A DNA stretch of 64,000 nucleotides from Verrucomicrobiia bacterium (GCA_963664225.1 OY760937.1:256001-320000), one strand, 5' to 3'; counted from the stretch's first letter, positions 8,641-18,330 are shown. A program made the numbers and translations. Notes: generated from the sequence alone by a model not told the origin.

Positions 8641-10499
8641 CGCACTTTACCCCCTTAAATTAGCCGCCAATCGGGCTTATCGCCTTTAAACGCAAGGGAT
8701 TGAGGGGGAATGTAATAGTTCATATGTAGCCATACATATATCGATATTATATTTGACTATAAAACGCACGTAACGTATTATGTGGCCATTATGAAGTCCG
8801 GCAAGCGTTTCCACCTCGAAATCCAAAGCCACAGGGCCAATCCCATCGGCCTGATCCGCTCTTCCTACCGCGACTCCGACACCCAAGCTGTCAAACACAC
8901 CCAGCACGGGCGCATCACCGGCGTGTCCCTGGACCAGCTCAAGCTGATCCAGGCCGCCTTTCAGGGCAAGGTCGTCCCCAAGGAGGATCCCAACGCCTTC
9001 CAATGCACCGATTCCAGGGAATACGGGGCCAGCCATGCCGTTGTGGAAACGGCCCGCCAATTGGGTTTGGACACCATTCTTTACTCCCGCAACGAGCCGT
9101 GGGTCCGGGATTGCCTGGCCATGATTGCTGGCCGGGTGGTTTATGCGGGCAGCAAACTGGCCCTGTCCCACCAGACCAAAAACAGCGCTCTGTGGGAGAT
9201 CTGCGGGGTCACTGGCGAGGTGGATGTTGAAGACCACTGCTACCGGCCGATGGACCGGTTGCTGGAGCGCCAGGAGGCCATTCAAAAAGCCCTGGCCAAA
9301 AAACATCTGCGCAATGGCCATGTCGTGCTCTACGACATCACCAGCAGCTATTTTGAGGGGGCCTACGAGCAAAGCGACGTCGTGCTTTTCGGCTACAACC
9401 GGGACTGCAAGAGCGGACACGAGCAGGTGGTCCTGGGTTTGCTCTGCGACGAGCGGGGCTGTCCGGTGGGCATCGAACTCTTTGCGGGCAACACGCAGGA
9501 TGCCCAGACGGTGATCGATAAAATCCAGGAGCTGCGCCGTGAATACGGTTTGAGCGAGGTGACCTTCGTGGGCGACCGGGGCATGATCACCCAGGCCAAC
9601 GCGCAGAAGCTTGAAAAGGTCCAGGGCCTGCACACGCTCAGCGCGCTGACCCATCGGCAGATGTTCGAACTGCTGGAGCGCAAAGTCATCCAACTCGAAT
9701 TGTTCGACGAAAAGAAGATCGCCGAGGTGACCGACCCGGACAAGCCCGGCCAGCGCTATTGTCTCTGCCGCAATCCAGACACTCAGGCCCGGGAAACGGC
9801 CACCCGCCAACGGTTGCTCGAGCTCACCCGCCAGGGTATGGACAAGCTCGTCGAGCCCAAGAAAAAAAGGACCCCTGAGAAACTCGGTTCCCAGGTGGGG
9901 CGGCTGCTGGAAAAATACAAAATGGGTAAATTCATCCACTGGGAGGTTAAAGAGGGGCGGCTGGAATACCATTTGAAGCAGGAAGCCATCGGGCAGGAAC
10001 AACTGCTGGACGGCTGTTACATTATTACCACCACCGTGACGGAAAGCCAGATGAAGACGGCCCAAGTGGTGGCCACCTACAAAAGCCTCACCTTTGTCGA
10101 GCAGGCCTTCCGCACCCTCAAGACCGTGGCCCTGGAGATTCGGCCGGTGTATCACAAAAAGGATGATCGCATCCGCAGCCATGTGTTTTTATGCATGCTC
10201 GCCTATTACGTTTACTGGCACATGAAGCAACGATTGCAGCCGCTCTTTGAAAAGGATGGCAAAGGAAAGAAACGTCAATGGACCATGGAAAATGTGATTG
10301 AGCATTTGCGCGGCATCCGCAAACAACAAGTCAGCGTGGGCGGCGTGCACTTTGAGCAAATCTCTCAGCCCAACGAACAGCAGCAGGAAATCCTGAATCT
10401 GCTCGGAATCAAGCTGTAGCCATTTTGTTGAAATTCAAAATGAGCTCCACACCCTTGATTCTATTGGAGATTTCTTGTTTTTAAGCGGGGTAAAGTGCG
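8641..10499 (+). mobile_element. IS1634-family insertion sequence (1859 bp)
   Basis: Terminal IRs CGCACTTTACCCC (8641-8653) and GGGGTAAAGTGCG (10487-10499); 6-bp direct repeat TTAATA at 8635-8640 and 10500-10505; a single transposase ORF. Confidence 0.93.
8782..10419 (+). CDS. IS1634-family DDE transposase
   Basis: Motifs 'LYDITSSYFEG', 'GYNRD', 'VGDRGM', 'VEQAFRTLK' and 'RPVYH...RIRSHVFLCMLAY'. The start may be ATG 8791, behind TTGACT-17-TATTAT (8753-8781). Confidence 0.93.
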   Translation: MAIMKSGKRFHLEIQSHRANPIGLIRSSYRDSDTQAVKHTQHGRITGVSLDQLKLIQAAFQGKVVPKEDPNAFQCTDSREYGASHAVVETARQLGLDTILYSRNEPWVRDCLAMIAGRVVYAGSKLALSHQTKNSALWEICGVTGEVDVEDHCYRPMDRLLERQEAIQKALAKKHLRNGHVVLYDITSSYFEGAYEQSDVVLFGYNRDCKSGHEQVVLGLLCDERGCPVGIELFAGNTQDAQTVIDKIQELRREYGLSEVTFVGDRGMITQANAQKLEKVQGLHTLSALTHRQMFELLERKVIQLELFDEKKIAEVTDPDKPGQRYCLCRNPDTQARETATRQRLLELTRQGMDKLVEPKKKRTPEKLGSQVGRLLEKYKMGKFIHWEVKEGRLEYHLKQEAIGQEQLLDGCYIITTTVTESQMKTAQVVATYKSLTFVEQAFRTLKTVALEIRPVYHKKDDRIRSHVFLCMLAYYVYWHMKQRLQPLFEKDGKGKKRQWTMENVIEHLRGIRKQQVSVGGVHFEQISQPNEQQQEILNLLGIKL

Positions 10500-10888
10500 T
10501 TAATACACCTTCGCCGAATGCAAATCATGGCCATCTCAAAGCATCGCATCCTCTTGACCATTCTTATTTCGGATTTCGGGTTAAACGGGCAATATGGTTG
10601 CGACCATGGCGATGTCTCTGTTGCTTCGACTCGATTAGGATGAGCTGGCTGACATGAGTTTTGCGGCTGTCATTGAAAATATCCGTGATGGTTCCTTACA
10701 ATAAGGCGTCCTGCCGGTCACGCAACGGAGGCTGGAATTGGCGTTGGCACCAAGCATGGCAGCCGCTGGAAGACACTGATAAAAGCTAATGAACGGAAAA
10801 TGGGAATTGTAAAAGCTCAGGCCTTCCGATGGTCCAAGGGGCAGTTGGCCAGGAATCGATAAGTCGGATATGGTTACCGGTTAGTCGG

Positions 10889-11806
10889 TCAATGGACGGG
10901 CGGAATTTTCGGCGGTGGATTTCCCTTGGCCGCAAGCCAGTCGGTTAATTGGAGACGACCTTCAGGCAGGAGCACGAGGTCCGCCTTGCCTTCGATGAGG
11001 TTCTGGGTTTCCAGGATTTTGAACATGGCTTCCTTGACTTCGGGATCGCGCGAAATCTGGTCCAGGGCATTTCCCACATATTCCGGTCGGATGGCTCCGG
11101 CCTTGGCAAATTCGAATGCGGCCTCGCGTTCGGCGGTGCTGGCGATGATGTTCACGCGGTTGGCGCCGTCCTGTTTGATGGCGGAGGTGACCTGGCGGAG
11201 GCGGTTGACCACTTTGCTCTCGATCTGCCGGATCATCCCGGCGTCGCGGAAATGCACTTTGCGGATGTAGATGGAGCCGAGTTTGTAACCCCATTCGTGG
11301 GATTTGGGGGAGACCTCGTCGCGCACGGTCTGGCTCATGGTGTGGCGGCTGGAGAGCATGTCGCCCAGGGGCATGTTGCTCAGGCAGCGGACGGTGGAGT
11401 TGCTGACGTTGGCGGCGAGGGAGCCGCGCGGGTCGGCGTTCTTGAAGAGGTAGGCCACGGGATCGCTGATGAACATTTCATACCAGATGCCGATGCCCAT
11501 GGGGGCGCCTTCCTCTGAATTGACCGGCTGGCTGCGGAGGTATTCCTGATCCATGCGCATGTCCAGCACGTAACATTTTCCGAACCAGTTGATCAGAAAG
11601 GCGCGCCATCCCAAGGCGAGTGGGAGGATGTAAAAACCGGGTTCGTCGATGTTGCCGATGACTTTTCCAAACAGCATGTACACATGGCAGCGGCGTTCAT
11701 GGACGATGGCGTAGAGGCCGAGGAACCGCGCGATTCCAAGAATCAGCGGCACGGCGACGAAACACGCGGCGAATGTGATGACTGCGGCGGGTAGAAACAG
11801 GTTCAT
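10889..11806 (-). CDS. SPFH/band-7 domain membrane protein
   Basis: N-terminal TM helix followed by a band-7-like domain ('LFGKV...EPG', 'WGYKLGSIYIRKV'); overlaps the upstream paralogue by 4 nt. Confidence 0.7.
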   Translation of the reverse strand: MNLFLPAAVITFAACFVAVPLILGIARFLGLYAIVHERRCHVYMLFGKVIGNIDEPGFYILPLALGWRAFLINWFGKCYVLDMRMDQEYLRSQPVNSEEGAPMGIGIWYEMFISDPVAYLFKNADPRGSLAANVSNSTVRCLSNMPLGDMLSSRHTMSQTVRDEVSPKSHEWGYKLGSIYIRKVHFRDAGMIRQIESKVVNRLRQVTSAIKQDGANRVNIIASTAEREAAFEFAKAGAIRPEYVGNALDQISRDPEVKEAMFKILETQNLIEGKADLVLLPEGRLQLTDWLAAKGNPPPKIPPVH

Positions 11807-12804
11807 GCTTTGTCCTCCACGATGGCCTGGCGGGCATGGGCGAAAAGGGTCAGGCGCACATTGCGCACGTAAGCGTCCACTGCGGCCGGATTTTTTTGTT
11901 TTAGTTCAGATAACTGGGTGGCCAGGCGTGTAATGGGCTGGACCTCCGCCTGGGCTTTGAGCGTTTCAATTTCCACGGCGCGCCGGGATTGGACGATTTT
12001 TTGATCCGCCGAGGCCTGGGCCAGGCTGATGTCCGAGGAGACCTGGTTGTGGGCGGTGTTGATGGCCGCCAGTGCGGATTCCACCTCCGGGGGCGGATCG
12101 ATGCCTGTGATGAGCGAGGCGTCCAGCACGATTCCATAGCGCGCCTGGGAGGAACGGCATTCGCGTTCCATGTGATCGTTCAGGTCGCGGACGTTTTTTC
12201 GCAGGTCGTTGATCGAGATGCCCGCGATGTCCTGCAGGGGCGGCTCCGTCGGGCTGGAGTCCGGAGTTTTCCCAATAATTGTCTTTGGCGCCTCGTAGTT
12301 GGCAATGCGCTCGCGCAGCACGGATACGAAGTAGCCCATGACGTGGGCAAATGGATTTTTTACGCCGAACAGAAAGGCATACATGTTTTTCTCGGAAACG
12401 CGGTAGCGAATCTGGCCCGTCATGCCGGTGTTGAGCTGGTCTTTGGTGACGGCTTCGAGCAGGGTGCCGTTTGCATTGGCGGTCGGGCTTTCAGGATCGT
12501 AGGCCATGTTCACGGTTCCCGTGGCCACAGAGACTTTATAGACGGTTTCCCACGGAAATTTGAAATAAGGTCCGCCGGGCATGATGACACGCACCTGCGG
12601 GTACGAGTAGCGCGTTTTCTCGTCGGCGGTGAGCGATTCCGAGATGGGGTCTTCATTGGTGGTGAGACCGCCGAGGCGTTCGGCCCGGCCGAAGCTCGTT
12701 TTCACGGCCCGCTCATTCTGGTCCACCGTATAAATGCCGCTGATCAAATAACGCGTGAGGAACCACGCGGCAAAACCGAATGCACAACCGAGAATCAGAC
12801 TCAT
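11803..12804 (-). CDS. SPFH/band-7 (HflK-like) domain membrane protein
   Basis: TM helix, 'GIYTVDQNERAVKTSFG', 'PGGPYFKFPW', 'YGI......ITGIDPPPEVESAL' and a coiled-coil tail. Confidence 0.78.
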   Translation of the reverse strand: MSLILGCAFGFAAWFLTRYLISGIYTVDQNERAVKTSFGRAERLGGLTTNEDPISESLTADEKTRYSYPQVRVIMPGGPYFKFPWETVYKVSVATGTVNMAYDPESPTANANGTLLEAVTKDQLNTGMTGQIRYRVSEKNMYAFLFGVKNPFAHVMGYFVSVLRERIANYEAPKTIIGKTPDSSPTEPPLQDIAGISINDLRKNVRDLNDHMERECRSSQARYGIVLDASLITGIDPPPEVESALAAINTAHNQVSSDISLAQASADQKIVQSRRAVEIETLKAQAEVQPITRLATQLSELKQKNPAAVDAYVRNVRLTLFAHARQAIVEDKA

Positions 12805-12950
12805 AAGCAAGATGATTGAATTACGGTTGCATCATATCGCGGTTCGTATTTAGACGCAACCCATTACATGTTACAAAATGGGGGCGCGTTTGTAGCGGCC
12901 GTGAAAAATCGACCAGGGTTAATTTGGAGGAGGGCGGGCAACCTCAGGGA

Positions 12951-13117
12951 AGCCACAGACTGCCACAGATAAACACAGATTGGAGAAGGACAGGATGGAC
13001 AGGATTTTAGATGGAAGGACCGAAATAGCGGACTTCCATTGCGAATCTCACTGTTTAAGGACGGGATTACAGACAGGGATAGAGGGGAAAGACAGGATGA
13101 CAGGATGGACAGGATTT
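12951..13117 (+). repeat. Cluster of short purine-rich direct repeats (CACAGAY x3; GACAGGAT x5)
   Basis: agcCACAGACtgcCACAGATaaaCACAGAT (12951-12980); GGACAGGATGGACAGGATT (12988-13006); GACAGGATGACAGGATGGACAGGATTT (13091-13117). Confidence 0.75.
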
Positions 13118-13302
13118 GGAAGAGGGCGGGAGGAAATGAAAAATGGACAATTGGATGCAGGGCGGAAAGGGATTTCGGCCATCGCGGAATTCGACGAGGG
13201 GGCCTGTTATTGAACGCGGGATCCAGTTTGAGAAAAAACGGGGAAATCAAAGGGCCTCTAATTTGACTTTCACCGGAGTGGTTTATCAGCCATCTTAAGG
13301 AG

Positions 13303-13803
13303 ATGCGAATGCGACGTGAGGCGCGGGAACGTGCCGTGCAATTTTTATTTCAGTATGATTTGAATCCGCCCGAGGATTTGGATGGGGCGTTGACCCGGTT
13401 CTGGGAGAGCCAGCAGGCGTCCTTCATCGCGGAGGATAAAGGCAAGGCGCGGTGGAACGAACCGATGGATTTGCCGCCGGCGACGGCGGAGGAGGCCACA
13501 ACGCGCACTTTTGCGGAGGGCCTGATTCGCGGGGTGCTGGAGCATCGGGTGGAGTTGGACGAGAAGATCGTGAAATATGCGAAGAACTGGGATTTGCACC
13601 GGATGGCGGTGGTGGATCGGAATGTGATGCGGTTGGGGATCTTCGAGATGCTTTTCCGGGAGGATATTCCCCCGGTGGTGAGCATCAATGAGGCGGTGGA
13701 CATCGCGAAGAAGTTTTCCACGGAGGACAGCGGGAAATTTGTGAACGGCATCCTGGACAAGGTTAAAGCGGACTTGCTGCGACCGGCGCGTATCGTAAAG
13801 TAA
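13303..13803 (+). CDS. nusB: Transcription antitermination factor NusB
   Basis: 'RREARERAVQFLFQ', 'NWDLHRMAVVDRNVMRL' and 'SINEAVDIAKKFS...KFVNGILD'; SD AAGGAG immediately upstream. Confidence 0.97.
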   Translation: MRMRREARERAVQFLFQYDLNPPEDLDGALTRFWESQQASFIAEDKGKARWNEPMDLPPATAEEATTRTFAEGLIRGVLEHRVELDEKIVKYAKNWDLHRMAVVDRNVMRLGIFEMLFREDIPPVVSINEAVDIAKKFSTEDSGKFVNGILDKVKADLLRPARIVK

Positions 13804-13806
13804 CGC

Positions 13807-14667
13807 ATGGTAGCGGACTTACATTTGCATTCGCAGTATTCGGACGGGACCTACACGGCGGCCGAACTGGCCGAAGAAGCGCGGAAACACGGACTGAAGC
13901 TGATTGCGTTGACGGATCATGACACGGTGGAGGGGTGTGAGTCGGTTGGGGCGGAATGCCGTTCCAGAGGCCTTGAGTTCATACCCGGTGTGGAGTTGAC
14001 GGCTGAGTTTGCGGGGGATGAGCTGCATTTGCTCGGGTATTTTGTGGATACGCAGAGCCCGGAATTGCTGGCTGAACTGGCCAAATACCAATTGGTGCGT
14101 CAGAACCGGGTTCGCGAGATGGTGGCGCGGTTGAATAAGATGAGCATACCGCTGTCTGCGGATGAAGTGTTTGCGCTGGCCAACTGCCGGTCTCCGGGGC
14201 GTCCGCATGTGGGGCGCGCGCTGGTGAAGGCGGGGGTTTGCACGAATCTTGACCAGGCATTCGAGCGGTTTTTGAAGAAGCACCGACCAGCCTGGGTGCC
14301 GAAGTTCAAGATGTCCGCGGAAGCGGGCATTGGGCTGATCCATCGGGCGGGCGGTCTGGCGGTGATGGCGCATCCGGGGCTTAATCACTGCGACGAGGCG
14401 ATTCCGGGGATGGTGGCCGCAGGTTTGGACGGCATTGAATGTTTTCACTCGAAGCACTCTGAAGCGACGTCGGCGTTTTATCTGGAGGTGGCCCAATGTC
14501 ATGGTTTGCTGGTGACGGGGGGATCGGATTGCCACGGGATGAGCAAGGGCAAGCCGACGATGGGACAGGTGCGGCTGCCTTTTGCCTATATTGAAAAGAT
14601 GAATGCGCGGGTGGCGGAAATTTCCAAAAATGCGGCGAAACGACCGCAGGCGGAGCAGTCCGCCTAA
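13807..14667 (+). CDS. PHP-domain phosphoesterase (TrpH/YciV-like)
   Basis: 'DLHLHSQYSDG', 'ALTDHD', 'GRPH', 'AHPG' and 'TGGSDCHG'. Confidence 0.92.
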   Translation: MVADLHLHSQYSDGTYTAAELAEEARKHGLKLIALTDHDTVEGCESVGAECRSRGLEFIPGVELTAEFAGDELHLLGYFVDTQSPELLAELAKYQLVRQNRVREMVARLNKMSIPLSADEVFALANCRSPGRPHVGRALVKAGVCTNLDQAFERFLKKHRPAWVPKFKMSAEAGIGLIHRAGGLAVMAHPGLNHCDEAIPGMVAAGLDGIECFHSKHSEATSAFYLEVAQCHGLLVTGGSDCHGMSKGKPTMGQVRLPFAYIEKMNARVAEISKNAAKRPQAEQSA

Positions 14668-14680
14668 AGATCGGAATTGC

Positions 14681-15607
14681 ATGGGATTATTTCAGAAATT
14701 CAAAGACGGACTGCTCAAGACGCAGTCCAAACTGGTTCACGAGATCAAACGGATATTCACCGGTTCGCCCAAATTAACGCGGACGAATCTGGATGAATTG
14801 GAAGCGGCGCTGATTGGCGCGGACCTGGGGATGGCAATGACCAGCCAGATCATCGTGGCGGTGAAGAAATCCTATGAGAGCCAGGGTGGCAGCGGGCTGG
14901 ATGTGTTCGATATTGCGCGGCGCGAGGTGGAACTGAGCCTTTCGGCAAACGACGCCGCAATGGCGAAAATGCCTTCGGGACCCACGGTGGTTTCACTGGT
15001 GGGGGTCAATGGCACGGGGAAAACCACGACGGCTGCGAAACTTGCTTATCACATCCAATTGGGGGGAGGCACGGCATGCATTGCGGCGTGCGATACTTTT
15101 CGCGCGGCGGCCATCGAGCAGATCAAGCTCTGGGGGGAGCGATTGAAGGTGCCTGTGGTTGCGGGCAAGTATGGCGCGGATCCGGCAGCAGTGGCGCATG
15201 ATGCGGTGACCGCAGCAATGGCGCGCCAGATCGATTATTTGTTTATCGACACGGCGGGGCGTCTGCACACGAAACATAATTTGATGCAGGAATTGCAGAA
15301 GCTTCACAGGGTCATGGGCAAGCAACTGGCCGGGGCGCCTCATGAAACCTTGCTGGTGCTCGATGCGACGACGGGGATGAACGCGATGAACCAGGCCCGG
15401 GAGTTTAACAAGTCGGTGAAATTGACGGGATTGATCGTGACGAAACTCGATGGCACGAGCAAAGGCGGCATGGTGGTGGCGATTCAGAAGGAACTGGGTC
15501 TGCCGATCAAATGGATCGGATTGGGGGAAAAGCCCGACGATCTCCAGCCCTTCGACGCGGCGCAATTCGCGGTCGCGTTGTTTCCAGGCGAAGAGGTTCC
15601 CGCGTAG
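14681..15607 (+). CDS. ftsY: Signal recognition particle receptor FtsY
   Basis: '[10 protein letters not shown]', 'DTFRAAA', 'DTAGR' and '[10 protein letters not shown]'; ATG 14681. Confidence 0.97.
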   Translation: MGLFQKFKDGLLKTQSKLVHEIKRIFTGSPKLTRTNLDELEAALIGADLGMAMTSQIIVAVKKSYESQGGSGLDVFDIARREVELSLSANDAAMAKMPSGPTVVSLVGVNGTGKTTTAAKLAYHIQLGGGTACIAACDTFRAAAIEQIKLWGERLKVPVVAGKYGADPAAVAHDAVTAAMARQIDYLFIDTAGRLHTKHNLMQELQKLHRVMGKQLAGAPHETLLVLDATTGMNAMNQAREFNKSVKLTGLIVTKLDGTSKGGMVVAIQKELGLPIKWIGLGEKPDDLQPFDAAQFAVALFPGEEVPA

Positions 15608-15627
15608 ACAGCAATGGCGCGCTTCGA

Positions 15628-16791
15628 ATGAAGGCCCAGGCCCAGGCAACGGATTTATCCAAAAGCAGCGAAGAAGCTGCATTCATGCGCCTGGCGCTGC
15701 GCCTGGCCAATAAGGCGTACGGGCGCACTTCCCCCAATCCCATGGTAGGCGCGGTGCTGGTGCGAAATGGCAGGATTCTTGGCCAGGGATGGCATCACGG
15801 CGCGGGATTACCCCATGCGGAAATCGAGGCTCTGAAGGACGCGCAGGCACGGGGCAAAGATGCGCGTGGCTCCACGATTTATGTCACGCTGGAACCGTGC
15901 TGCACACACGGTCGCACACCGCCGTGCACGGAGGCGCTGATTGCCGCTGGTGTCGGCACTGTGATCGTGGCGGCCACGGATCCCAATCCGGCGCATTCAG
16001 GCCGTGGTTTCGCGGTGCTCAAAAAGGCGGGCATTCAAGTCGCTCACGGTCTTTTGGCAAATGAGGCGACGCATCTGAATGAGGCCTTTAATCATTGGAT
16101 TGTGAGCAAAACGCCGCTGGTCACAGTGAAGGCGGCGATGACGTTGGATGGAAAGATTGCGACGGCGACCGGGGATTCCAAATGGATCACAGGGGAACGA
16201 GCCCGCGCGCATGCCATGCGGTTGCGCCTGGGGTCCGATGCCATTCTGGCGGGCATAGGAACGATTCTGGCGGATGATCCGGGGTTGACATTGCGATTGG
16301 GCCAACGGCCTGGAAGTGCGGTCAAGAGGCTGCGGCGGATTGTGGTCGATTCGCGCGCGCGCATGCCGTTGCAGGCCCGTGTGGTCAGCGATGCGCAGCG
16401 GGAATTGACGACGGTGGTGGTCACGGAGCTTGCGCCGCGCCGCCGGATCAGCGCGTTGCAGAAGCAGGTTGACGTATGGGTGGCTCCGGTTCGCGAGGGC
16501 CATGTGGATTTAACCTGGGTCTTGAAAAAGCTGGGTTCCGAGAACGTCACGAGCCTGTTGGTCGAGGGCGGGGGAGAAGTTAACGCCGGCTTTTTGGAGC
16601 AAGGATTGGCCCGGCGCATCGCTTTTTTCTATGCGCCCAAGATCATTGGGGGACGCGATGCCAAAGCGGGGGTCGGTGGACTGGGGTGCAGCCGGTTGAC
16701 GGATGCGATTGTACTGAAGGAACCGCGATGGCGGCATTTGGGACCGGATTTGTTGCTTGAAGCGAGGGTGGGGGAAGAGAGGAACGGTTGA
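15628..16791 (+). CDS. ribD: Bifunctional riboflavin biosynthesis deaminase/reductase RibD
   Basis: 'TSPNPMVGAV', 'HAE', 'TLEPCCTHGRTPPC', 'TLDGKIA' and 'VEGGG'; start approximate. Confidence 0.96.
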   Translation: MKAQAQATDLSKSSEEAAFMRLALRLANKAYGRTSPNPMVGAVLVRNGRILGQGWHHGAGLPHAEIEALKDAQARGKDARGSTIYVTLEPCCTHGRTPPCTEALIAAGVGTVIVAATDPNPAHSGRGFAVLKKAGIQVAHGLLANEATHLNEAFNHWIVSKTPLVTVKAAMTLDGKIATATGDSKWITGERARAHAMRLRLGSDAILAGIGTILADDPGLTLRLGQRPGSAVKRLRRIVVDSRARMPLQARVVSDAQRELTTVVVTELAPRRRISALQKQVDVWVAPVREGHVDLTWVLKKLGSENVTSLLVEGGGEVNAGFLEQGLARRIAFFYAPKIIGGRDAKAGVGGLGCSRLTDAIVLKEPRWRHLGPDLLLEARVGEERNG

Positions 16792-16810
16792 CGAAAGCAC
16801 GGGGCTCCAC

Positions 16811-17509
16811 TTATTGAGGCGCCGGTGGCGGCGAGCTCAATTCGGTTGGGGGCAGGGGAGGGCCGTCTTTCGATATGAGAGCCCTTTGGACTTCCATATT
16901 CACCACGCTGGATTCGTAGGTGGCTTGCGGTTGAGCGGCCGCCGCGCCAAAATTGGAGCGAACCGGGCGGGACGGAATCATGGGCATACCCGTCGCGGGC
17001 AGCGCGGGTGTGTTGGGCGGAATGACGGGCATGGGTGTGGGCGCGCCACCTGGCAGGGCGTGAACGCCGGGTGCTGGCGGGGCCACCGCCATGGGGACTG
17101 CCACTTTGTTTCCATGGGTGTCGAAAGTGAGCGTCATGGGGGTGCCGGCGTTCTTAATGATCACGCTGCCGGCCTTTTCGTTGATGGTCACGACTTCCAA
17201 GGCGCCATCCCGCTCTCCTTCACGAATCGTGGGATAGGTAAATTGTCCCGGTTTGGTGCCATCCGGAAGGCGGAAATACGCTTTCTTAACACCCTGATAA
17301 GAGGTGATGCCGGTGAAAGTGATATTAACCTGTTGGGTGGCGGCCAGTGTGTCTGGATCGACTGGCGGAGGCAAAGGCTTCAGGCTGAATGCGTTGCGCT
17401 CGTTAATCTGCTGATATGACGCCATTTGGACATCACCGGCCACCCCCCATACGGCGGATGCCAGCATGCAGCAGATCAAAACTGCCATGGCTCTACATTT
17501 CGCACTCAC
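16811..17509 (-). CDS. Hypothetical exported protein with a PilP/GspC-HR-like beta domain and Pro-rich tail
   Basis: Signal-like N-terminus; 'RNAF.L.P', 'ITFTGIT...KKAYF', 'EGE..G.LEV..I....G.V.I'; Pro/Ala-rich C-terminus. Fold assignment is inference. Confidence 0.55.
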   Translation of the reverse strand: MSAKCRAMAVLICCMLASAVWGVAGDVQMASYQQINERNAFSLKPLPPPVDPDTLAATQQVNITFTGITSYQGVKKAYFRLPDGTKPGQFTYPTIREGERDGALEVVTINEKAGSVIIKNAGTPMTLTFDTHGNKVAVPMAVAPPAPGVHALPGGAPTPMPVIPPNTPALPATGMPMIPSRPVRSNFGAAAAQPQATYESSVVNMEVQRALISKDGPPLPPTELSSPPPAPQ

Positions 17510-17606
17510 AAAAATATATTAATTACCTTATCCAAAAAACACCAGTCTTTGAATTAAGTTTCGAAGGGGAGCGAATTGCGCTAAAACAGCTGTGTAGGTA
17601 ATTACC

Positions 17607-18017
17607 TTACGACTCAAGTTTGCGATAAAACTCGCGCGGCGCGACGATTTCAACGCCGAACGGTTTGTTCAATGCCAGCAAGTCCTTATCCTTGGTAACA
17701 ATAAACTGTGCGTGACTGCTTAGTGCGCAGGCGAGAAACGGGTCATCATTGACGTCCCGACTGCGCCGCTTTCCCAAGGGCGCGGGTTCGACAAGGGAAG
17801 CGATGCGCTCAATCCAGTCCAGGAATGGCGCCGGATCTCGATCTGGACATTCAGCCTGACCAATCCGTAACAGAAGGGACCGATACTCGCGCAGAATGTC
17901 ATCGGTCACGGCCAAACGGAATTTCCGTTGCGCCAGAAGGACAAAAAAACGACGATCTTCGCTCCTGGGCCAAAACGTTGCCGACACCACGACGTTCGTG
18001 TCCACGACGACGGTCAC
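17607..18017 (-). CDS. PIN-domain toxin (VapC-like)
   Basis: 'VVVDTNVVVSA', 'ILREY', 'SRDVNDDPFLACA' and 'IVTKDKDLL'; overlaps the antitoxin by 4 nt. Confidence 0.9.
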   Translation of the reverse strand: MTVVVDTNVVVSATFWPRSEDRRFFVLLAQRKFRLAVTDDILREYRSLLLRIGQAECPDRDPAPFLDWIERIASLVEPAPLGKRRSRDVNDDPFLACALSSHAQFIVTKDKDLLALNKPFGVEIVAPREFYRKLES

Positions 18018-18295
18018 GATCTTTTACTCCGCTGCTCTGACCGGTATTTTTTGATTTCCGTCTGGATCCGAATTTCGTCTGTGGCGGTGATGGATCTGGC
18101 GCGACGTCCTTCGTCGATGGTCTTTAAAACCGCCGTCAGCTCGGCCTCGGTAGGTTCTGGCACCGGTGTGACGTAGAAGCCATCGCCAACCTCGGTGATG
18201 CGCAGCGAGGTTCCCGGACGGATGCTCTTGCGCTCGCACATGGCTTTGGGCAGGACCACCTGGCGCTTGGTGGTCACAGTAATCGTCGTCGTCAC
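18014..18295 (-). CDS. AbrB/MazE/SpoVT-family antitoxin
   Basis: 'TVTTKRQVVLPK..C....IRPG..L' swapped-hairpin signature; lies upstream of the PIN gene. Confidence 0.85.
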   Translation of the reverse strand: MTTTITVTTKRQVVLPKAMCERKSIRPGTSLRITEVGDGFYVTPVPEPTEAELTAVLKTIDEGRRARSITATDEIRIQTEIKKYRSEQRSKRS

Positions 18296-18299
18296 ACTT

Positions 18300-18330
18300 G
18301 TAAGATTATCCTACGCGATGATTTGGTCAA
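18300..18330 (-). promoter_or_regulatory. Promoter/operator of the AbrB-PIN toxin-antitoxin operon
   Basis: Minus strand TTGACC-16-TAATCT-7-GTG; imperfect palindrome GTAAGATTATCCTAC (18300-18314) covers the -10. Confidence 0.5.

Larger units (their letters stand above)
8544..10590. repeat. Long imperfect palindrome (~185 nt without the IS) interrupted by IS1634
   Basis: ACCCGAAATCCGAAATA (8553-8569) is the exact reverse complement of 10565-10581. Further paired segments (CCATGGTTTG/CAAATCATGG, CGGC/GCCG, GTATT/AATAC) converge on the IS target site. Confidence 0.75.

Noticed and set aside
8686..10182. 498-aa minus-strand ORF, and similar long antisense ORFs (e.g. 24193-25308, 28401-29921, 30099-31520, 45952-46905, 61459-62556)
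   Set aside because: Each shadows a well-supported gene on the opposite strand, as expected in GC-rich DNA, and shows no recognisable motifs.
8544..10590. 6S RNA or integron attC as the identity of the interrupted palindrome
   Set aside because: The length fits 6S, but there is no large central bubble. No RYYYAAC/GTTRRRY core pair and no integrase are present.
12951..13117. CRISPR array
   Set aside because: Repeat units are only 8-10 nt with no regular unique spacers, and there are no cas genes in the window.
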